Below, piece after piece: positions 29,260 through 38,481 of a stretch of 64,000 nt of DNA. How positions within the stretch are numbered: the first letter of the stretch is position 1; each line of letters starts with the position of its first letter. The stretch is from Tagaea sp. (GTDB taxonomy: Bacteria; Pseudomonadota; Alphaproteobacteria; CACIAM-22H2). The position numbers were made by a program, and so were the translations under genes. The stretch covers positions 1,248,001 to 1,312,000 of the forward strand of contig CBDIIB010000004.1 in assembly GCA_965279525.1 (NCBI GenBank), in the 5' to 3' direction. The notes under the pieces were generated by a model. The model did no database searches. It saw nothing but the letters and a program-made list of their open reading frames with translations, and was not told the origin of the DNA.

Positions 29260-30066
29260 TTATCTGAGATCGAGGCGATAGCGGTAGACGTCGCCGCGCA
29301 TGACGGCGCGCCGGAACTCGCCGATCCGGCCATCGGCCAGATAGGTCCGCCGTTCGATCCGAAATACAGGAGCACCCGCCTTGATGCCGATCTGTGCGGC
29401 GTCGTAGGTGCCGGCGATGGCCGGCTCGATGAGTTCTTCGGCGCGCGTCAGCGCCACGCCGTATTCCTGCAGCAGGATGTCGACGAGATGGCGTTCATCG
29501 AGATTGTGCTTGGGCAGGTCCGGGCACAGTGCCACGGGCAGGAAGCTGGTTTGAAGCGTTACCGGGACGCCGGCGGCGAACCGCAAGCGCTTGAGGAAAA
29601 AGACCGACCGGTCGGCCCCAAGTCCGAGTATCTCCGCGACGGCGGCGTCAGCACGCCGACGGGACAGCGCGAGCACGCTTGCGCCCGGATCGAGTGGCGG
29701 CCCCTCGACGCGGAACTGCCGGTAGGAGCCAACGACGTTCCCTTCGATCTTCGGATGGCGCAGGAATGAGCCGCGCCCCGCCTGCCGGTCGATAAGCCCA
29801 TCGCGTGCCAGTTCGGCGAGCGCATGGCGGATCGTGCCTCGGCTGGCAGCATAATGCTCGCACAGCGCTGACTCACACGGCAGTTCTGCGCCCGGCAAAA
29901 ACCGGCCGGAATTGAGGTTCAGCATCAGGTCTTCGCGGATCTGGTGATGCAGAGGGATGCGCGCGACACGTGCGAATGGCGGCAAAACGACAGGATCCGG
30001 GCCGTCCGGGCCCTCTGTCCCGCGCTGGACGTCCATCTGCCGGCCGGTCGTCGTTACCTCGGACAT
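29260..30066 (-). CDS. GntR-family regulator, HutC/UTRA subfamily
   Basis: LPCE..L...Y..SR.TIR.AL..L..DGLI.R..GRGSF HTH and a C-terminal UTRA domain. Confidence 0.92.
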   Translation of the reverse strand: MSEVTTTGRQMDVQRGTEGPDGPDPVVLPPFARVARIPLHHQIREDLMLNLNSGRFLPGAELPCESALCEHYAASRGTIRHALAELARDGLIDRQAGRGSFLRHPKIEGNVVGSYRQFRVEGPPLDPGASVLALSRRRADAAVAEILGLGADRSVFFLKRLRFAAGVPVTLQTSFLPVALCPDLPKHNLDERHLVDILLQEYGVALTRAEELIEPAIAGTYDAAQIGIKAGAPVFRIERRTYLADGRIGEFRRAVMRGDVYRYRLDLR

Positions 30067-30091
30067 ATCCGCTCCCGCCTCTTCTCCCATA

Positions 30092-30123
30092 CAAATGTAT
30101 GAACATTTGAACAGGTCCGTCAA
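30092..30123 (-). promoter_or_regulatory. Sigma70 promoter overlapped by HutC-type GntR operator
   Basis: Minus strand TTGACG-N18-TACATT; palindrome CAAATGT-ATGA-ACATTTG at 30092-30109. Confidence 0.7.
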
Positions 30124-30135
30124 GTCGGTCGTTGC

Positions 30136-31665
30136 CTAGGCCATTCCCACCGGCTGCGGCGCCGGATCGCGCACGTCGTCCGGTCGACTGCGGATCATGT
30201 CGGTCAACTCGCGCTGAACGCCGGCCACCGCCGGATCCCCGAAGCGATTGTCCATCTCGTGCGGATCGCCGACGAGGTCGTAGAGTTCGCCGGCACCTGA
30301 ATCGAGCTCGAGCGTCAACTTGTGCGTGCGCGTGCGCACGGTCCGCAGCTTGAGTGCCACACCGCAGCGCGACGGATGCAGGTCCCATTCGTTGTAGGCA
30401 AAGTCGCGCGTGCCATCGCCCTCCATCAAGGGGCGAAGACTGCGCGAATGGAGCGCGCGATCGGGCGACAGCGAAGCGTAGTCGTAGAACGTCGAGGCTA
30501 GATCGAGCGTGGAAACCGGATGCGGGACGATCTTTCCCTTCGGCACGCCGGGGCCGCGCACGATGCATCCGATGCGAAGCAGGCCCTCGTAGTGGATCGG
30601 CCCCTTGAGCAACAGGCCGTGGTCGCCCAGCCAGTCACCGTGATCCGTCGTGTAGACGACCAGCGTGTCGCGATCGAGACCCAGCCGCTCGAGCGAGAGC
30701 AGGATACGCCCGACATTGTGGTCGATTAGCGAGATCATGCCGTAATAGTTCGCGATCAGGTGGCGCAGTTGCAGGTCGCTCTGGGCCGGCGTGCGAGACT
30801 GCTTGGCGCGGAACGCCTGCAACTCCGGATCGTCGAGCTTGGGCACGCCTTCGAGACTCGCCTTGTGCCACCAGGGCCGCCGCTCCAGATCTTTCGTCCG
30901 GTGGACGGGCAGATCCACGTCGTCTGGATGGTGCAGATAGCACCAGGGTGCCGGCGCATCGAACGGATGATGGGGATCGGGGAACGAAGCCCAGGCGACC
31001 CACGGTGTGTCCTTGTTGTCGCGCATGAAATCGATCGTGCGGTCACCGATCCAGGTCGAGTTGTGGAAGGCCGGCGGCAGGGCCGAATTCCACGTCTGGG
31101 CCGCGCCCACATCGGGGGCCAGTTTCGTCGAGAACATCTTGTTGAGCATCTCGCCGCGGCCGTCCTTGTGGTACCAGGCCTCATACTGGAGGCCTTCGGG
31201 CGGCTTCTGCGGCAGGAACATGTTGTGGCCGGCGATCATCATGTCGACATGCTGGAAGCCCATATAGGGTCCCGACCAGTCGGCGCCAAACTCGTGCGAG
31301 CTCGAACGACACTCCGGCCGCCCGGTCGGCTTGAAAGTATGGAAGGTGGAGAAATGTGCCTTTCCGATAAAGCCCGTCCGGTACCCGGCTTTCGCGAAGG
31401 TGCCGGCGAAACCGGCACTCCCGACATTCTCGTCAAGGTCTATGCCATTGTCCCAGACACCGTGCGTGCGCGGCAGCAGGCCCGTGAGGATCGAGGCGCG
31501 CGAGGGCTGGCACACGACGTTGGGCGTGATGCATGCGGAAAAGCGGGTCCCCTCGCCTGCAAGCATGTCGAGATGCGGCGTGCGGACCTTGCGACCTTCA
31601 TATCCGTAGCAGTCGCCGCGCTGCTGGTCGGACGTGATGAGCAGGATGTTAGGCTTGCGTGTCAT
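30136..31665 (-). CDS. Formylglycine-dependent sulfatase (cytoplasmic)
   Basis: PNILLITSDQ, TPHLD, CQPSRASILTG, GKAH, DPHHPF, TTDHG, K; no signal peptide. Confidence 0.93.
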   Translation of the reverse strand: MTRKPNILLITSDQQRGDCYGYEGRKVRTPHLDMLAGEGTRFSACITPNVVCQPSRASILTGLLPRTHGVWDNGIDLDENVGSAGFAGTFAKAGYRTGFIGKAHFSTFHTFKPTGRPECRSSSHEFGADWSGPYMGFQHVDMMIAGHNMFLPQKPPEGLQYEAWYHKDGRGEMLNKMFSTKLAPDVGAAQTWNSALPPAFHNSTWIGDRTIDFMRDNKDTPWVAWASFPDPHHPFDAPAPWCYLHHPDDVDLPVHRTKDLERRPWWHKASLEGVPKLDDPELQAFRAKQSRTPAQSDLQLRHLIANYYGMISLIDHNVGRILLSLERLGLDRDTLVVYTTDHGDWLGDHGLLLKGPIHYEGLLRIGCIVRGPGVPKGKIVPHPVSTLDLASTFYDYASLSPDRALHSRSLRPLMEGDGTRDFAYNEWDLHPSRCGVALKLRTVRTRTHKLTLELDSGAGELYDLVGDPHEMDNRFGDPAVAGVQRELTDMIRSRPDDVRDPAPQPVGMA

Positions 31666-31669
31666 GCGT

Positions 31670-33142
31670 CTAGGCCTCGATGCGGGTCGCGAAAACGGGC
31701 TTCTCGCCGGGAGCCGGCGAATAGCCGAAGTCACCTCGCTTGATCAGCGCCTCGACGCCGCCGAACTTTGCGATCTTCGCCTCCTGATCGGCAAACGCCC
31801 GTGCATCGACCGCCTCCGGGTCGACGATCTTGCGCAACTCAGCCTCCATCATCGCGAGCGTGTCGCGATGTGCCGGGCTCTCGCCTAGGTCCTTCGTTTC
31901 GCCTGGATCGGCGTCGAGATCGAACAACTCGGGCCGGAAGCCGACATGATAGATGAACTTCCAGCGCCCCTTGCGGACCATATACATCGCCGTGATCGAG
32001 CCGGCGGCGTGATACTCGCCGAAAGCCACGCGGTCGACCGGCGGTGAATTGGCAAGATCGACCAGCGAGCGGCCGGGCAGCGCCTTCTCGGTCGCGTCTG
32101 GCACCAACCCGACGCTTTCGATGATCGTCGGATAGATGTCGACGAGCGTGACCGGCGTGGGACAGATCCTGCCTGCAGGAACCCCGGGGCCCGCGACGAT
32201 CATCGGAACAGCGGCGGCTTCCTCGTAGTGGATCGACTTGCCCCACATGTGGCGCGTTCCGAGGTTGTCACCATGATCGGTCGAATAGACGACGCGCGTC
32301 GTGTCGGCGAGTCCGGCCGCCTCGAGTGCGCCGAGAACCTGGCCGATATTGTCGTCGAGGAAGCTGACCATTCCGTAATAGGCAGCGAGTGCCACGCGCA
32401 CTTTCTCCGGCGTAAAGAAGTCGTCATAGCTCATGCAGCTGCGCAGCGCCGCGACCGAGGGATGCTTCGGATAGTCATCAGGGCCATAGAGGCGCGGCAT
32501 CGGAAGCGACTCCGGCGGATACATTGCGTAGAACTCGGGCGGCGCAATCAGCGGGAAGTGCGGCTTCACGAACGATACGAACAGACACCACGGCTTGGAC
32601 TGCGCCTTGGCATGATTCGTCAGCCACTCGACGGCACCATCGCGAATATTGCGGTCGTATTTCGCGTAAGTCGACTCACCGGGCCCCGCCGCCTTGGCAA
32701 GATCGGGCATACCACCGCGCGTGGCGGCCTTCGGCCGGCGGATAAGGCCCAGAAGGTCACCTTGCCCGTCCACGACATGCAGCGGGATGACTTCCTCGTC
32801 GAAGCCGTTGTCGTCCTTCGTCGAGCGGAAATGCAGTTTGCCGATCGACATCGAGAAGTGGCCCGCCTCTTTCAGCCGGTGCGCCCAGCTGCGGATCGAG
32901 CCATCGTAAGGATGCGCATTGTCCCAGCATGCGTTCTCAGCCACGTACGTGCCGGTGTGCAGGGCCGCGCGCGCCGGCACACAGATTGGGCAATTCGTAT
33001 AGGCGGCCGTGAACTTGGTTCCGCGTGCCGCGAGCCGGTCGATATGCGGCGTCTTGACGATCTTGTGGCCGTAGCAGCCCGCGACATCGCGGGTATGCTC
33101 GTCCGACAGGATGAAGAGGACATTGGACGGCTTCTGGCTCAT
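31670..33142 (-). CDS. Formylglycine-dependent sulfatase (choline-sulfatase-like, cytoplasmic)
   Basis: LFILSDEH, CVPARAAL.TG, GKLH, PHFP, STDHG, WGKS; no signal peptide. Confidence 0.93.
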   Translation of the reverse strand: MSQKPSNVLFILSDEHTRDVAGCYGHKIVKTPHIDRLAARGTKFTAAYTNCPICVPARAALHTGTYVAENACWDNAHPYDGSIRSWAHRLKEAGHFSMSIGKLHFRSTKDDNGFDEEVIPLHVVDGQGDLLGLIRRPKAATRGGMPDLAKAAGPGESTYAKYDRNIRDGAVEWLTNHAKAQSKPWCLFVSFVKPHFPLIAPPEFYAMYPPESLPMPRLYGPDDYPKHPSVAALRSCMSYDDFFTPEKVRVALAAYYGMVSFLDDNIGQVLGALEAAGLADTTRVVYSTDHGDNLGTRHMWGKSIHYEEAAAVPMIVAGPGVPAGRICPTPVTLVDIYPTIIESVGLVPDATEKALPGRSLVDLANSPPVDRVAFGEYHAAGSITAMYMVRKGRWKFIYHVGFRPELFDLDADPGETKDLGESPAHRDTLAMMEAELRKIVDPEAVDARAFADQEAKIAKFGGVEALIKRGDFGYSPAPGEKPVFATRIEA

Positions 33143-34329
33143 CGGATCCTCGGAAGCGTTGTGACGAACGGACCGCCCGGCGACTGGTCATTGCGGACCG
33201 GGAACTCATCGGTGGCAGATGGGTGGATGGCTTCGACACGCGCATCGAGCGCCGCGATATCGGCAGCTCCGTGCAGGACGGAAAGGATCGTCGTATAGCT
33301 GCGTGTATCGCCGTGTTCGAGCCACGCGATCTCGTCCCGCCTCGTGGCGTCGGCACGATTTCCCCAGCGTGTCGTCGCCGGCTCGATGCCGAACCCGTAA
33401 ACGCCTTCGCCGAAGGCCTGCCATTGCTGCAGGCATATGAATTGCCGCGCGTCATAGTCCACGAGGAAGCCGAGGCCTATCCGGTCGTTGACGAGAGCGG
33501 CCGGCACGCGGCCGTTCGCGTCTGCGACCGCGTCGTGATCGAAGACCTGCTGGACAAAGCGCGGCGACGGATCGGACTGCGTGCGCCAGCCAACCTGCTG
33601 GCTCTCCCGCGGCACGTTCGCCGCGAAGGTGCCGCGCACGGGTGCCACGAACCGTGCACCTGCCTCCAGCAGCGGCCAGCCAACATTGATGTGATAGAGC
33701 AGCAGGTGCGGCGTACGGGAAAACCCGCGATTCGTGATCGTGTCACGGATGCGGACGTCGGATGTGCCGACCCTCACCTCGACGCGACGGACGAACGTGA
33801 GATTCTCGCCCATGACCTGAACCTGGCCGACCGTGCCTTCGCACCACAGCGTACATTCGTCGCCGTCCCAGATTTCACCATAGCCGTCAAGCCGGGCCGG
33901 CTGAAAAGCGCCGCGACCATGCATCGGATAGGCGATCTCCTTGCGCAACGGAAGATCGAAATGATCGGCTGCTCCTTTGTCGGGCTGACGCACATGGTCG
34001 AAACCACAGGTGCAAAGCAGGCCCGAGAAGCCGCGCATGAACCCGTTGCCGCCGTCGCCCATCGGATCCATATAGGCCGGGTTGCGGAAACCGGTGTCGG
34101 ACTGCCATGCGAACGGCACGCCGCGATAGTCAAACCGGCCGATATCCATCGTGCGGTCGACGAGAACCGAAAAATCGAGCCCGGCGCCCGTCCGGAACTC
34201 GACCGCGCGCACGCCGCGCTCGGCGCCATCGTCCAGCGTCACGAGATTCACGCCGGCAATCTGCCGCGTGGCGCCGACACGGCGTTCAAATTCCCGGCGT
34301 GTCAACCTCTGTCCATAGATCGTCGGCAT
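33139..34329 (-). CDS. Aldose 1-epimerase-fold protein (DUF4432)
   Basis: G.ERGVR, VLVDR.MDI, GLLCTCG, HGR, YHINVGWP, GIEP; start trimmed to 34329. Confidence 0.82.
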   Translation of the reverse strand: MPTIYGQRLTRREFERRVGATRQIAGVNLVTLDDGAERGVRAVEFRTGAGLDFSVLVDRTMDIGRFDYRGVPFAWQSDTGFRNPAYMDPMGDGGNGFMRGFSGLLCTCGFDHVRQPDKGAADHFDLPLRKEIAYPMHGRGAFQPARLDGYGEIWDGDECTLWCEGTVGQVQVMGENLTFVRRVEVRVGTSDVRIRDTITNRGFSRTPHLLLYHINVGWPLLEAGARFVAPVRGTFAANVPRESQQVGWRTQSDPSPRFVQQVFDHDAVADANGRVPAALVNDRIGLGFLVDYDARQFICLQQWQAFGEGVYGFGIEPATTRWGNRADATRRDEIAWLEHGDTRSYTTILSVLHGAADIAALDARVEAIHPSATDEFPVRNDQSPGGPFVTTLPRIR

Positions 34330-34331
34330 CT

Positions 34332-35162
34332 TTACTTCACAGCTCCTGTCGTCAGTCCCTTCACGATGTAGCGTTGCCCGAACAGCAGGAACGCAAGCGC
34401 CGGCACCAGCGAGAGGGCGGCCGTAGCAGCCATTTCGCCGTACTTGATCTCGTAGCCTTGCGCGAATTTCGCGATCGCGACAGGCACGGTGGCGGTCTGC
34501 TTGGCGGTCAGGTTCAGTGCCACCGCGAATTCGTTCCAACTGAAGATGAACATCAGGATCGCTGTTGCCGCGAGGCCAGGCGCTACGAGCGGCACGACGA
34601 TCCGCCAGATCAGGTAGGGTGTGGAGCATCCGTCAATACGCGCGGCCTCCTCGAGTTCGACCGGCACGTCGCGGATGAAATTGGTCATCAGCCACAGAGC
34701 CATCGGCAGATGGACCGCGACATGACCAAGTGTCAGGCCAAGATAGGTGTTGTCGAGACCGATCTCGCGATAGAGCGGGAACCACGCTGCGACCAGCGTG
34801 ATCGGCGGCACCATATGGAACACCACGGCCCAGCCCAGCATCGTGTGGACCATCCATCGCGGCGTACCAAGCCGCTCGATCGCATAGCCGCCAAGCGTTG
34901 CCGCGAACACGATCACAAGCGTACTCGCCGTCGCCACGATGAAGCTGTTGAGCGTATTGTCGAGAAACTCGGTCGTGCGCGAGAACAGTACCTCGCGGAA
35001 GCTGTTCAGCGACGGCGTGAAGAATATCTCGCCCTGGAGCAGCGAAATCTGCGTCTTGAAGCCAGCCGCGACGATCCACACGAACGGGACCAGCACGAAC
35101 ACGGCAACCGTCAGCAGGAAGATGTGGAACAGGCCGATGCCGCGACGCTCGGAGGGATTCAT
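34332..35162 (-). CDS. Carbohydrate ABC permease (CUT1, MalG-like)
   Basis: NSFIVA, ELEEAARIDG, FSWNEF. Confidence 0.93.
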   Translation of the reverse strand: MNPSERRGIGLFHIFLLTVAVFVLVPFVWIVAAGFKTQISLLQGEIFFTPSLNSFREVLFSRTTEFLDNTLNSFIVATASTLVIVFAATLGGYAIERLGTPRWMVHTMLGWAVVFHMVPPITLVAAWFPLYREIGLDNTYLGLTLGHVAVHLPMALWLMTNFIRDVPVELEEAARIDGCSTPYLIWRIVVPLVAPGLAATAILMFIFSWNEFAVALNLTAKQTATVPVAIAKFAQGYEIKYGEMAATAALSLVPALAFLLFGQRYIVKGLTTGAVK

Positions 35163-36049
35163 GTCCGGCCTCCCTGCCGACGCGCGGCCGACAGCGCACC
35201 GACGATCAGCAGCGAGATGCCGAAAAGCACGGCCACCGACATCGCCGAGCCGTAACCCATGCGGTCTTGCGTGAAGAAGGTCCGGTAGATCGTGTAACTG
35301 ATGACCTCGGTGGCCGAGCCGGGACCACCGCCTGTCAGCAGATAGATTTCGTCGAAGACTTTAAGCGACGTCACGAAGCGGAACAGGAACGTCACGACGA
35401 TGACTGGCATCATCATCGGGATCAGCACGTAGCGCAACTCGTCCCACGTGCTTGCTCCGTCGACGCGCGCGGCCTCCTGCACGTCCTGCGGCAGCGATTC
35501 GAACCCGGCGAGCAGCAGCAGGAAGCAGAACGGCGTCCAGTGCCAGATATCGACGACGATGACCGAAGGCAGGGCGAGGGCGCGCGTACCCAGCCAATCG
35601 ACCGGATGGATGCCGAAAAGATCGAGAAACCCGTTCGCGAGGCCGAAATCGTAATTCAGCATCAGCTTCCAGACGGCGCCGATCAGGATGCCGGGAACCA
35701 GGATCGGAAGGATGAAGATCGTACGGTAGGCGAGTCGCCCGCTGCGCACGCGGCTGACCGCCCAGGCCAGCAGGAAGCCGATGACGACCTGGGCGGTCAC
35801 GCCGGCGATCGCGAAAATGAATGTGTTGGAGATGCCGGCGCGCAACAGCGTGTCGTCGGCGAGGCGTCGATAGTGCGCCAGCCCGACATAGGTCCAGACC
35901 GACTTGCCGTCGACCCAGGTGATCTCGTTGACGCTCATCGCCACAAGGTTGAGCACTGGCAGGATCGACATCAGGACGAAGATCGTTGCTGTCGGAGTCA
36001 ACGCGATCGTGCGCCACGTCGTATCGATCTTTACGCTTCTTGCGGCCAT
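35159..36049 (-). CDS. Carbohydrate ABC permease (CUT1, MalF-like)
   Basis: WHWTPF, EAARVDGAS, FDEIYLLTGGGPG..T. Confidence 0.93.
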   Translation of the reverse strand: MAARSVKIDTTWRTIALTPTATIFVLMSILPVLNLVAMSVNEITWVDGKSVWTYVGLAHYRRLADDTLLRAGISNTFIFAIAGVTAQVVIGFLLAWAVSRVRSGRLAYRTIFILPILVPGILIGAVWKLMLNYDFGLANGFLDLFGIHPVDWLGTRALALPSVIVVDIWHWTPFCFLLLLAGFESLPQDVQEAARVDGASTWDELRYVLIPMMMPVIVVTFLFRFVTSLKVFDEIYLLTGGGPGSATEVISYTIYRTFFTQDRMGYGSAMSVAVLFGISLLIVGALSAARRQGGRT

Positions 36050-36078
36050 GTCCGTCCCGTTCCGTGCCCACTTGCCAT

Positions 36079-36108
36079 CCGGGGCCGCATCGGTCGATGC
36101 GGCCCCGG
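36079..36108 (-). terminator. Intercistronic hairpin downstream of SBP gene
   Basis: CCGGGGCCGCATC-GGTC-GATGCGGCCCCGG, a perfect 13-bp stem. Confidence 0.65.
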
Positions 36109-36130
36109 CGGCCTTCCCCGCGCGTCCCTA

Positions 36131-37486
36131 TCAGAGGGCCGCGATCTTCCCGGTCTTGTAGCCGGCGCGCTGCATGATCGCGTGGCATTCGTCTGCGACC
36201 ATGTTGAGCGCGCGGTCAGTCGTCAGTTCGCCGATGACGGCTTGGTTGAGCCGGAGTTCGAGCACGTCGCCGATCTGCGAGCCTTCCGGCACGCTCCACA
36301 TCAGCTGCACGAAGTCGGAGCTTTGCGCCATTGCAGGCATCCAGCGGTTCTTCGGGTCCTTCCATAGATTCTGGTCGGACAGCACGTCCTGGCGAACGGG
36401 CGGCGCGCCAGCCGCGAGGTACTTCATCTGCGCATCGCGGGTCTGGAACCACTTGAGGAACGTGAGCGCCGCCTCCTGCCGCGGCTTGGGCACGTTCTTC
36501 GGGATGCCGCCAAGCCAGTGGCCCAGCACCGGGGCAGGCTTGCCCTTGGCCGAGCCGGGCACGCGCGCGGCGTTGAGCTTGCCGACGACCGCCGACTTGC
36601 TCGGATCGTCCATCTGCGACCACGCGGCGATGACCAGCAGCGCGTGCGCGGCACGCCCCGTCGCGAGGTTCTGGATGATCTGCGCCTGTGCGAGGCCGCC
36701 CGTCTGCGGATGGCCAGCTTCCTTGGCCATGCGGATGTAGAAATCGAGAGCCGCCTTGCCTTCCGGGCTGTTGATCGTGATCGTATAGTCGCCCTTCGGC
36801 TCGTCGCGGAACAGCTTGCCGCCATGGCTGTACAGATAGGGCCACCAGTCGTACGAGATGTCGTTTGGGGACCCGCGCGCCCCGCGCTGCACGATGCCGT
36901 ACATGCGCGGCGGGTTGTGGAGCTTCTTTGCGTTTGCCAGCAACTCGTCCCAGGTCTCCGGGACCTTCAGCTTGTGCTCGGCGTAGAGGTCGGCGCGGTA
37001 CAGCAGCAGCGGGATATTGCCGTTGACCGGCACCGACATCAGCTTGCCCGTCGGCGCATGCGTCTTGGTTGCTTCGTCCCAGAACACGGTGTTGTCGTAC
37101 TTGATCATCTGAGGATCGAGCCGGAACGACGGATCGATGTCGTTGATCGGCGTCAGGAAACCGCCATGGTACATTTCCTGATAGTAGAGGCCGTTCATGA
37201 TCAGCAGGTCGAATTGGCCGTCGCGTGCGCGCACCGACGCACGCTGCTTCTCGAGACTTCCGCCGAACGGATTGACGTCGAGATTGACCTTGTTGCCGGT
37301 CTCTTTCTCGTACGCCTCGACGACGCCGCGGAATCCGTCGAACCACGGCGAATTGTTGATGACGATGGTGAACGGCCCGACCTTGGCTGTCTGGGCTTTT
37401 GCACCCGGCGCCCACGGCATCGCGGCGACGGCGCCCGCAGCACCGGCGGCTGCGATGGCCTCCCGTCGATTGAATTTCAGTGACAT
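36131..37486 (-). CDS. Carbohydrate ABC substrate-binding protein (SBP family 1, Tat-type signal)
   Basis: NRREAI leader, YEKETG, YRADL...PETWDEL. Confidence 0.92.
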   Translation of the reverse strand: MSLKFNRREAIAAAGAAGAVAAMPWAPGAKAQTAKVGPFTIVINNSPWFDGFRGVVEAYEKETGNKVNLDVNPFGGSLEKQRASVRARDGQFDLLIMNGLYYQEMYHGGFLTPINDIDPSFRLDPQMIKYDNTVFWDEATKTHAPTGKLMSVPVNGNIPLLLYRADLYAEHKLKVPETWDELLANAKKLHNPPRMYGIVQRGARGSPNDISYDWWPYLYSHGGKLFRDEPKGDYTITINSPEGKAALDFYIRMAKEAGHPQTGGLAQAQIIQNLATGRAAHALLVIAAWSQMDDPSKSAVVGKLNAARVPGSAKGKPAPVLGHWLGGIPKNVPKPRQEAALTFLKWFQTRDAQMKYLAAGAPPVRQDVLSDQNLWKDPKNRWMPAMAQSSDFVQLMWSVPEGSQIGDVLELRLNQAVIGELTTDRALNMVADECHAIMQRAGYKTGKIAAL

Positions 37487-37522
37487 GGTGTCCTCCCTTG
37501 TGAAGTCTTTTTCGGTCTCGGA

Positions 37523-38467
37523 TCAACTCGCCGTCACGTTGTTGCGCGCGGCAAGCTGCTTCATTTGTTCGTACTGGCGGCTGATCTCGGCCTCGAGTTC
37601 GGCTCCCTTCAGGAACGCCGGAATCATGTTGAATTCGGCGAACTTCTGGACGACTTCCGGATCGTTCATCGACGTGCGGAGCGCCTCGGCAAAGCGGTCG
37701 ACGCGATCGCGCGGCGTCGCCTTGGGCATCCACCACCAATAATTCAGGTTAAGAAGCAGGTTGGTTCCCTGCTCGCGCGCGGTCTTCAGGTTGGGCCAGC
37801 TGGGCAAACGCTGTGGTGCGAAGATCCCGGCAATCGTGAGGTCGCCGGAGTCGACAAGCGGCTTGGCCTCATTGACCGTCAGGAAGGCGCAGTCGACGTG
37901 CCCACCTGCAAGTGCCGTACGCGTCGGGCCACCGCCGCCAGTATTGACGTACCGGAACTTGACGCCCGTTGCATCGCCAAGCGAGAGGAACAGGAAGTGG
38001 TTGATGGCGCCGATCTGGACGCCTGCCTTCAACTCGCCGCTCTTCGCGGCAGCGAGGAAAGATGGCAGATCCTGATAGGGCGACTTGCGGTTGACGATGA
38101 CTGCGACATATTCCGTTGCGACTTGCGCCACCTGCGCGAAGGCTTCGGGTCCAAAGTCCATCACTTTCAGAGTTGCGGCCGTGAGCAGCGCCTGATGCAC
38201 GGCAAGAACGGTGTGTCCGTCAGGTGCCGAATCGCGGACTTGCCGGTTTCCGACCGAAGTGCCGGCTCCGACGACATTCGCGACGGCAAGCGGTTGACCG
38301 AGTACGCGCTGAAGCGGCGACTGGAAGAATCGCGCAATGTAGTCGGCGCTGCCGCCGGGCGGATTGGGAACGATGATTCGGATCGGCTTGTCGGGATAGG
38401 ACTGTGCGAGTGCCGGTGCCGCTAACGATGCGGCAAGGGTTCCGGCGACAAATTCTCTGCGACGCAT
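37523..38467 (-). CDS. tctC: Tripartite tricarboxylate transporter substrate-binding protein (TctC/Bug)
   Basis: YPDKPIRIIVP.PPGGSAD..AR, PDGHT, GGHVD, PKATP. Confidence 0.92.
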   Translation of the reverse strand: MRRREFVAGTLAASLAAPALAQSYPDKPIRIIVPNPPGGSADYIARFFQSPLQRVLGQPLAVANVVGAGTSVGNRQVRDSAPDGHTVLAVHQALLTAATLKVMDFGPEAFAQVAQVATEYVAVIVNRKSPYQDLPSFLAAAKSGELKAGVQIGAINHFLFLSLGDATGVKFRYVNTGGGGPTRTALAGGHVDCAFLTVNEAKPLVDSGDLTIAGIFAPQRLPSWPNLKTAREQGTNLLLNLNYWWWMPKATPRDRVDRFAEALRTSMNDPEVVQKFAEFNMIPAFLKGAELEAEISRQYEQMKQLAARNNVTAS

Positions 38468-38481
38468 GGGGATTCCTCCGG

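Noticed and set aside
31670-33142. Calling this gene betC (choline sulfatase)
   Set aside because: Family resemblance only. There is no bet or choline-transport context, and the neighbours are sugar-related.
36216-37739. 507-aa minus-strand ORF
   Set aside because: Out-of-frame overlap with the sugar SBP gene, with Arg/Ala-rich composition.
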